From IMG/VR virus record IMGVR_UViG_3300046808_001301: DNA of 64,000 nt. The stretch is one strand, 5' to 3'. Of this stretch, positions 57,451 through 64,000 are shown in pieces. This stretch comes from a virus. Every line of letters begins with the position of its first letter. Positions within the stretch are counted from its first letter, which is position 1. The notes under the pieces were generated by a model. The model searched no databases. It was not told the DNA's origin and saw nothing but the letters and a program-made list of their open reading frames with translations. The translations under genes and the position numbers were made by a program.

Positions 57451-58704
57451 ATGTTAGAAACTTCTTTTGGGAGCTTTTTTGGAGTAGCTTCCAGACAAAT
57501 TAATTTAAACGAACAAGCTGAGGGAGTTTTAATGCACCTAACTCACCTTGAGGAGTTAATTTTAACTTCTAAAAAGCCAGGACTAGACATGGCGTTAGCG
57601 TTTTTAAAAGAATTGCATGAGATTTTTAAAGGCAAGACAGATTCAACAACGTTTACTACAGTCAAATTTGATGGAGCTCCAGCTGTCATAGCAGGAGTTG
57701 ATCCTCAAGCAAAAAAGTTCTTCGTTTCAACTAAAAGCATTAGCAACGTAAGTCCAAAAATTAATTATACTGAACAAGATATTGATTTAAATCACGGACA
57801 TGCTCCCGGATTAGCCAGCAAACTTAAAACAGCATTAAAATATTTACCAGCTGTAATTCACAACGGAATCTATCAAGGAGACTTTATGTTTGATGAAACA
57901 GATCTGAAAAAAGTCAATGTAGACGGAGAAGATCTTATAACATTTAAACCAAACACCATTACCTATGCTGTTCCGTTTCACAGTCCCCTTGGCCAAAGAA
58001 TTTTAAGTTCTAAAATGGGAATAGTTTTTCACACAAAATACACAGGCGTTAATTTAAAGTCTCTAACTAAAAGTTCAAACGTCAACGTTAATGATTTTAA
58101 TCAAACCCAAGACGTCTTTGCTGATGATGCAAAGTTTAAAGACATTTCTGGCATGGCTCTTTTTACTAAAGACGAAAGCACAAAATTTGAAAATCTCATT
58201 GACAGTTGCGAAACAGCTGGCAATAGAATTTCTTGGGACGAAATATCCGACAATATCTACTCATATTTGAACACGTTTATTAACAGTTTAATTAGAGAAG
58301 GCACCTTTGTTGCTGATCCTGAAGAATCTTTTTCTAAATTTTATCAATGGATGAGCATTAAGGGACAAAAAACCGTACAAGCTTTAAAAACAGAAAAAGG
58401 GCAAGCCAAAAAACGTCAAGCTTTAGAGCAATTACTATCTTCTATTAATTCACACAAAATGAACATTATGAATTTGCTTAATCTTACAAAAAAGTTAGAA
58501 AGAGCGAAATCAATGTTTATTAAAAAATACAATTCAGCCATTAAAACAAAACAATTTATTACAGAACCTGATGGCACGTTAAAAGTCACAGCTCCAGAAG
58601 GGTATGTTGCTGTAGATCATCTTGGAAATATGGTTAAATTTGTGGATCGTTTAGAATTCAGTCGTGCTAATTTTGCTTTATCAAAAGGAGATAAGTTTAA
58701 ATGA
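57451..58704 (+). CDS. Covalent nucleotidyltransferase / RNA-ligase-like protein (DUF6267-like)
   Basis: HLTHLEE; motif I TVKFDG; FFVSTKS; motif III YQGD; motif IV PEGYV; motif V VKFVDR.EFS..NF. Confidence 0.7.
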   Translation: MLETSFGSFFGVASRQINLNEQAEGVLMHLTHLEELILTSKKPGLDMALAFLKELHEIFKGKTDSTTFTTVKFDGAPAVIAGVDPQAKKFFVSTKSISNVSPKINYTEQDIDLNHGHAPGLASKLKTALKYLPAVIHNGIYQGDFMFDETDLKKVNVDGEDLITFKPNTITYAVPFHSPLGQRILSSKMGIVFHTKYTGVNLKSLTKSSNVNVNDFNQTQDVFADDAKFKDISGMALFTKDESTKFENLIDSCETAGNRISWDEISDNIYSYLNTFINSLIREGTFVADPEESFSKFYQWMSIKGQKTVQALKTEKGQAKKRQALEQLLSSINSHKMNIMNLLNLTKKLERAKSMFIKKYNSAIKTKQFITEPDGTLKVTAPEGYVAVDHLGNMVKFVDRLEFSRANFALSKGDKFK

Positions 58705-59291
58705 AAACTTTTCGTCAATTTTTTTCAGAACAACAAAGCAAATTTGTAATAATGTTGCCTGGAGGATACAAACCTCCGACAAAAGGACACATGCATATGA
58801 TCGAAAGTTACAATAACGATCCTTCTGTTGCTAAAGTTTTAGTTTTAATTGGACCCAAAGAAAGAGAAGGAATCACAAGAGAACAGTCTTTAGCTCTTTT
58901 TAAATTATACGGAACAGACAAATTACAGAAAGTAACAATTGAAGACACAAAGTTCAACAATCCTATGCAAGCTGCATTTGAGTTTGTTGAAAATGACCCA
59001 AGAGCAGAACAATATTCAGGACTCACATTTGCAATTGGAGCTTCAGATAAAGGCGACGATGCTGCTAGAGCTGAAAGATTAGTAAAATACTTTCAATCAA
59101 ATCCACAAAAACTCAAGCAAGATCTACGGGTCGGCCTTCCGAGAATTGTTAAAGCCCTTCAAATAAATGGAGCAGATGTATCTGCTACTCTATTAAGACA
59201 AGCCATACAAAATAAAGATTTAAAAACAATTAGTACATTGATTCCGAGCAATGTTCGACCAGAAGAATTTTTAAAGATTTTCAATAAATAA
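58701..59291 (+). CDS. HIGH-superfamily nucleotidyltransferase (cytidylyltransferase/NMNAT-like)
   Basis: PGGYKPPTKGH (HIGH-like) and VSATLLR (KMSKS-equivalent SAT) motifs; N-terminus MKTFRQFFSE. Confidence 0.82.
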   Translation: MKTFRQFFSEQQSKFVIMLPGGYKPPTKGHMHMIESYNNDPSVAKVLVLIGPKEREGITREQSLALFKLYGTDKLQKVTIEDTKFNNPMQAAFEFVENDPRAEQYSGLTFAIGASDKGDDAARAERLVKYFQSNPQKLKQDLRVGLPRIVKALQINGADVSATLLRQAIQNKDLKTISTLIPSNVRPEEFLKIFNK

Positions 59292-59296
59292 ACTTC

Positions 59297-60169
59297 ATGA
59301 CTAAACAGTTTGACGCTCTTCTAGAACAAATGCTTAACGAAATGATGCCAGCAGACATTGGCGAGCTTGGCGGATTTAGTGGAGCAGCATCGCATATTAA
59401 AGGCAACGTTCCAGAAGGAGAACCAAAAGGACATTGGTCTCCTTTGCAAAAATTAAGCGATGAAGATAGAAATAAAGTCCTTGAAGAAATTTTCAAAGAA
59501 GTGTTTTCAGAAAAAGAAAATACATACGCTCCAACGGTCGATAGTCCAGAAGATCTTCATGGAGCAATTCAGTCAGCAATTCAAACAGTATCTCAAAGAA
59601 CTGGTTTAAAAGCATCAGGAAAATGGGCTGCTAAATTCTTGACTGACCGTTTAATGACTCTTTTAAAAAACAAAGTAAAGTATACAACTTCCGGAGGAGA
59701 AGAATTGCAGAAAGACATGACGCAGAAGGAATTCAAACAAGCTCTTAATAAAGCTTTAGAAGAAGCACCTGCTACACCAGAAGAGGCTCCTGCAGCATCA
59801 GAAGAAGCCTCGGAAGAATCATCCGAAAAAGAAGTTGACACTGTTTATACAAAAGCAGCTGACCTTAATTCAGATGACTCTGATCTCCAGAAAGCTTTTA
59901 ACAAACTTCCTAACGATAAAGAAATGTCCTGGGAGCAGGTTCTTAAAACAATTGGCATGACAAAAGGAATGGCTCTCCTTGATGCCGGTGGTTTAATTGA
60001 AACGGAAAAAGAGAAAGAAGCTTCAGAAGACGAGGAAGTAAAAGATCTTGAGTTTGATGACGAAAACGAAAACGAAACTCGTGGTTACGAAAGCGATTTT
60101 GATAGAGCCATGAGAGATATTGATACTTTCCGGAGTTCAAGAAGTTTTGACAGCAATAGTTGGGACTAA
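59297..60169 (+). CDS. Acidic protein, probable head internal/core protein
   Basis: TAAATA 6 nt upstream; begins MTKQFDALLEQMLNE. Confidence 0.65.
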   Translation: MTKQFDALLEQMLNEMMPADIGELGGFSGAASHIKGNVPEGEPKGHWSPLQKLSDEDRNKVLEEIFKEVFSEKENTYAPTVDSPEDLHGAIQSAIQTVSQRTGLKASGKWAAKFLTDRLMTLLKNKVKYTTSGGEELQKDMTQKEFKQALNKALEEAPATPEEAPAASEEASEESSEKEVDTVYTKAADLNSDDSDLQKAFNKLPNDKEMSWEQVLKTIGMTKGMALLDAGGLIETEKEKEASEDEEVKDLEFDDENENETRGYESDFDRAMRDIDTFRSSRSFDSNSWD

Positions 60170-60194
60170 CCTAACGTATAAAGTTTAAAATATT

Positions 60195-60226
60195 AAAAGT
60201 GCTCGGTACCAACTGAGCACTTTTTT
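60195..60226 (+). terminator. Intrinsic terminator AAAAGTGCTCGGT-ACCA-ACTGAGCACTTTTTT
   Basis: Long stem with T-run after ORF 59297-60169. Confidence 0.85.
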
Positions 60227-60243
60227 GTTAAATAATACCGTCA

Positions 60244-61398
60244 ATGAATCAATATACATACGATTTTGAAGTCGAAACAATGGTAACAATGTTCATGAAC
60301 GCGATGAGCGACATTGTTGTTAAGAGATTTCGAAACAGACAAATGAGAGATAGACTCAAAGTCCGTATCGTATATGCTCCGAAAGAAAGAGTTCTTAATG
60401 ATCTACTAGACAGAGATCAAAATCTTCAATTACCTGTAATGTCCGTATCAATCGGAGGTATAACAAGAGACAACAACAGAACTTTTAACAAAATTTTAGG
60501 ATCATTTAATCCGGTACCAACAAAACACGGAAAAGCAGTTGTTAATGAAAGACAACCTCTTCCGATTGACCTAAACATTAAAGTGTCGATTATGACGAGG
60601 TATCAACAAGACATGGATCAAATCTTATCTCATTTGCTTCCTTACATTAATCCTTATTTTGTTGTTTCCTGGAGAACTCCAAATCGACCTGATCACGAAA
60701 TTCGGTCCAATGTTGTATGGGACGGAAATACCTCAATAACATACCCTATTGATTTAACTTCAACTCAAGTTGCTAGAGTTGTTGCTGAATTGTCATTTGT
60801 ATTCAAAGGATGGATATTCCAAGCAATACCTGATTACGACATAGGTACTATCTTTACTGTTCATTCAAATTACTACATTGCTGATCAAGGAATTCCGTTA
60901 GATTATCGATACGAAGACGAAAACATAAGAGAGTCTTCATGGAGAAACGATTATCGGCCCGTTTCTGGTGTTCCTCCTCAACCAAAAATTGCTTATCCAG
61001 ATTTTGGACACATCGACCAATCCAGACAATTTTTGCTATACGGCTCAGGTTTTACTTCGATTAACAATATATATTTGTCAGGAGCTCCGTTTTTTAACGT
61101 GTCAACGACTCAGGTTCCGTTTTCATCTATTCCTGAACTTTCTGGCGTAACTTTTAATGCTGTAAAATTAAATTCAGCTAATTGGACATACGACAAAGAT
61201 AATTTAGTAACATTTGTAATGCCTACCGCAACTCAGTCGGGATATGTTGATGTGCTACTAGAGGGCCCGTACGGAGTAGGATCTCTTACTGAATCCGTAC
61301 GTGTAAATAATTTTAATCCTTATCATCCAAGCCATCCAGAGCACGCAACTTACGTTCCGTATCAATTGCCGTTTTTATCCGGCATAAGACTTTTTTAA
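60244..61398 (+). CDS. 15: Tail sheath stabiliser/terminator gp15-like with C-terminal Ig-like extension
   Basis: F.NAMSDIVVKR...KVRIVYAPKER...LPVMS..I.GI.RD, DMDQILS...PY.NP and F.FKGWIF; C-terminal IPT-like strands. Confidence 0.8.
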   Translation: MNQYTYDFEVETMVTMFMNAMSDIVVKRFRNRQMRDRLKVRIVYAPKERVLNDLLDRDQNLQLPVMSVSIGGITRDNNRTFNKILGSFNPVPTKHGKAVVNERQPLPIDLNIKVSIMTRYQQDMDQILSHLLPYINPYFVVSWRTPNRPDHEIRSNVVWDGNTSITYPIDLTSTQVARVVAELSFVFKGWIFQAIPDYDIGTIFTVHSNYYIADQGIPLDYRYEDENIRESSWRNDYRPVSGVPPQPKIAYPDFGHIDQSRQFLLYGSGFTSINNIYLSGAPFFNVSTTQVPFSSIPELSGVTFNAVKLNSANWTYDKDNLVTFVMPTATQSGYVDVLLEGPYGVGSLTESVRVNNFNPYHPSHPEHATYVPYQLPFLSGIRLF

Positions 61399-61441
61399 AA
61401 TGATTCCAAAAAAAATAACATTTTAAGATAAATATATCTAT

Positions 61442-62410
61442 ATGTCAATCGCTACAAACCTCAAAAAAAGAACCACGAGCTTAGCAGCTGCTGCTTTAAC
61501 TAAAGGAAAAAATGTAACCCCTCGTATTAAAACAACCAGCTTGACGGAGCTTGAGTTAACGTTTGACGTCTCAATGTCTAGCCCAGAAAACGTAGATGAT
61601 ACAAATCGTTTATCAGTTTCTTTTGTTAATGGCAAAACTGGAGTAATTTATTATAAAGCTGAACCTCCAAGCACAGAGAGCGAAGCTTATATTCCAGCAA
61701 CAATGACATTGTTTGTTAATAATGAGGTGCATGCGGTTGTTGACTTTTTCTCTGACAGAATCGGTGACCCTTTTGCTCTTTCAATTTACGGCTTTACTCC
61801 ACAAGAAGGTCCTCAAACAGGTACTTTTAAGCGAAACGTTTTCCAAGTTGACGGAAAGTTTACAGATGGGGATTTGTTTTTTAATATTATTGTGCCAACA
61901 GCTGTTCCGACACCGACAGCCACAATTGAACCAACATCAACTCCTCTTCCTACGCCAACACCTGAGCCAACTCCTGAGCCTGAGCCAACAGCAACTCCAT
62001 GGCCGACTGAAACTCCATGGCCGACTGAAACTCCATGGCCGACTGAAACTCCGTGGCCAACCGAAGTTCCTCCAACGGAAGTTCCTCCAACAGAAGTTCC
62101 TCCAACGGAAGTTCCTCCAACAGAAGTTCCTCCAACTCCGGTTCCTCCAACTCCGGTTCCTCCAACGGAAGTTCCTCCAACGGAAGTTCCTCCAACGGAA
62201 GTTCCTCCAACAGAAGTTCCTCCAACTCCGGTTCCTCCAACGGAAGTTCCTCCAACAGAAGTTCCTCCAACGGATGTTCCGCCAACTGAAGTTCCGCCAA
62301 CTGAAGTTCCGCCAACTCCAGTTCCTCCAACTGATGTTCCTCCAACTGAAGTTCCGCCAACTGAAGTTCCGCCAACTGAAGTTCCTCCAACTCCAGTTCC
62401 AGAGCCATAA
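61442..62410 (+). CDS. Late protein with beta-rich N-domain and mucin-like Pro/Thr repeat tail
   Basis: TAAATA 7 nt upstream; PTETPW x3 and PT(E/P/D)VP x23. Confidence 0.75.
   Translation: MSIATNLKKRTTSLAAAALTKGKNVTPRIKTTSLTELELTFDVSMSSPENVDDTNRLSVSFVNGKTGVIYYKAEPPSTESEAYIPATMTLFVNNEVHAVVDFFSDRIGDPFALSIYGFTPQEGPQTGTFKRNVFQVDGKFTDGDLFFNIIVPTAVPTPTATIEPTSTPLPTPTPEPTPEPEPTATPWPTETPWPTETPWPTETPWPTEVPPTEVPPTEVPPTEVPPTEVPPTPVPPTPVPPTEVPPTEVPPTEVPPTEVPPTPVPPTEVPPTEVPPTDVPPTEVPPTEVPPTPVPPTDVPPTEVPPTEVPPTEVPPTPVPEP
62003..62401 (+). repeat. Coding tandem repeats: 18-nt x3, then 15-nt (CCAACNGAAGTTCCT-like) x23
   Basis: Directly visible; in frame with PTETPW and PTEVP. Confidence 0.95.
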
Positions 62411-62448
62411 TTCCAAATAACGTATGAGTTTTTGGATAAGTAATTATA

Positions 62449-63771
62449 ATGAAGGCTGTCTCTTGCTATGGTGATTATTACGGTAAATTTACGCTAGTTA
62501 GTAATGATTCGACAACAACATTACCGTTTAGTACAGTCGATTCAAATTTAATTAGCGTCAAAACCCCATCTGGATCCAAGACAACTCTTATAGAATATAT
62601 TTCCGGAAGTTCGAATTTTACTGGGTTTGATCCTGCTTCAGGTTACATCGTATTTGCAAGACAACCGTTTGTATTACAAGATTTTCAATCTCAAAGCATT
62701 GTATCTCAAATTGACATTCCAGGAGATATACTAGGTAAATACACAATATTTCGATATCCGTTTGTAAATTCTTTACCGATTAGCTCTTACAACGTTAATA
62801 TATACGAAGTTAAAACCACCTCGTCTGAAAATTCAATTCTCAGAACACACTCTCCTTCAAATAACATAAATCCATTTACGGAATTTGAATTCAACAAATA
62901 TTATCTAATCAGAGCTAGAAATAATTTTTCTATTATTAATCCAGATCCTTCAATAACTGCGGATTTACAAGTAGGCTCAATCAGTGCAGGGGAAGTGGTA
63001 CCAGGAGGAACCAATTTGCAAGGATTCATTGATCAATTAGTAAGAACAATATTCGAACCAACGTTTGTTGAGCCAACCGTATACGCAGTAACAGACCTTC
63101 CAACATCCGTTGAAGTGGGAACGACTGGAGTGGTATTGTCCGCTGTATTCAACAGTGGAGCTATTGTCGGAGCGTTGGTTGGAGGAATTTGGAATCCATT
63201 AATGGCTCAAGATGTAAGATCAGGAGCAATTACAAATTACACTTTAAGCGGCGTTTCTAACAACACAACTCCATATTTGTCGTTTCCGACTAAGGTAATT
63301 GAAGATGGATCAAACACTTTTGCTGTGTCAGCCACATATTCTCAAGGACCTCAACCTTTAAATAACAGAAACAACAATTTTTCTGCTCCTCTTTTAGCTG
63401 GCACAGTAACTTCTTCTATAACAATTAATGGAAAAAGAAAAGCATTTTATGGTGTTAATATCGGAACGCTCAATAGTCCAAACATTAGAGCTTTAACAGG
63501 CAATGTTCTCGGTCCGCAAAAAGGAACCTCGTTTACGATTAATATTCCAATTGGCACTACAAATGTTGCATTTGCTTATCCTAGTTCATTGGGAGCAGTA
63601 TCAAAAGTTTCTTACTATGAAGGATTTGAAGCAGACGTAAAAGAAAACTTTACTTTAACTACCGTTCAAGTTTCAGGACTGAACGACTACACCCCAATTA
63701 ATTATAATACATATACATACGCTCCCGTCGAACCGTTTAGCGAAGAAGTTAATTACATTGTAACGATATAA
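62449..63771 (+). CDS. Virion structural protein (fibre/decoration-like, beta-rich)
   Basis: TAAGTA 6 nt upstream; VGSI.AG.V...GT, P..VEVG and FAYP.SLG motifs of phage structural proteins. Confidence 0.65.
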   Translation: MKAVSCYGDYYGKFTLVSNDSTTTLPFSTVDSNLISVKTPSGSKTTLIEYISGSSNFTGFDPASGYIVFARQPFVLQDFQSQSIVSQIDIPGDILGKYTIFRYPFVNSLPISSYNVNIYEVKTTSSENSILRTHSPSNNINPFTEFEFNKYYLIRARNNFSIINPDPSITADLQVGSISAGEVVPGGTNLQGFIDQLVRTIFEPTFVEPTVYAVTDLPTSVEVGTTGVVLSAVFNSGAIVGALVGGIWNPLMAQDVRSGAITNYTLSGVSNNTTPYLSFPTKVIEDGSNTFAVSATYSQGPQPLNNRNNNFSAPLLAGTVTSSITINGKRKAFYGVNIGTLNSPNIRALTGNVLGPQKGTSFTINIPIGTTNVAFAYPSSLGAVSKVSYYEGFEADVKENFTLTTVQVSGLNDYTPINYNTYTYAPVEPFSEEVNYIVTI

Positions 63772-63775
63772 TTTT

Positions 63776-64000
63776 ATGGGCGACTTTATTTTTCCACTTC
63801 AATTTAAAAGACAATTTAGTGCTCCAGTTGATGTTGATGCTGTATTCGCTACAACTGCTGAAAGAATTGCTTATTTAACGTCAGAACGAAGATATGCAGG
63901 ACAAATTGTCTCTGACTTACAAGACGGTCGAACATATCAACTAAATTCAGCAAAAACCGCGTGGGTTCATGTAGCCAGGCAAGGAGACTCATATTATTTG
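63776..64000 (+). CDS. Structural/fibre protein, 3'-truncated
   Basis: MGDFIFPLQFKRQFSAPVD...RYAGQIVS is open to the window end. Confidence 0.6.
   Translation, partial: MGDFIFPLQFKRQFSAPVDVDAVFATTAERIAYLTSERRYAGQIVSDLQDGRTYQLNSAKTAWVHVARQGDSYYL

Noticed and set aside
62003-62401. Possible CRISPR array
   Set aside because: Repeats are contiguous without unique spacers, are multiples of 3 and vary mostly at codon level; no cas genes.
61937-62420. Alternative-frame ORFs over the repeat (WRNF, LEEL, KFLQ, SSSNG repeats)
   Set aside because: Shadows of a stop-free 15-nt tandem repeat. Only the PTEVP frame continues a promoter-linked gene.
1-64000. Stop-codon reassignment
   Set aside because: Core genes are full length in the standard code, and TAA, TGA and TAG all terminate genes at sensible positions.

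Overview
AT-rich 64-kb segment of a large T4-like myophage (Caudoviricetes), standard genetic code, no tRNA, CRISPR, intron or intein seen. It carries the T4-type replication/recombination core (gp61, UvsY, UvsW, gp55, gp47, gp46, gp43, UvsX, gp41, gp32, gp45), packaging and tail genes (gp17, gp3, gp18, gp19, gp5-like, gp15), 7-deazaguanine pathway genes (folE, queD, queE), an 8-gene glycosyltransferase/methyltransferase island between gp47 and gp46, and auxiliary genes (PhoH, dCMP deaminase, DenV-like, DHH and metallo-phosphoesterases). Main findings: (1) about ten late genes share a T4 internal-protein-like capsid-targeting N-terminus, including an RNA-ligase-like plus HIGH-nucleotidyltransferase pair, a metalloprotease and a possible PD-(D/E)xK nuclease, suggesting a packaged, co-injected enzyme toolkit; (2) a promoter-driven, ~350-nt structured non-coding RNA or R-loop origin upstream of uvsY; (3) near-leaderless expression from both TTGA-N16-TAnnnT early/middle promoters and TAAATA late promoters; (4) a gp5-like hub with two wall hydrolases inserted inside its OB fold; (5) a mucin-like PTEVP-repeat late protein that may be the substrate of the glycosylation island. 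All functional calls come from motif recognition by eye; no database search was run.
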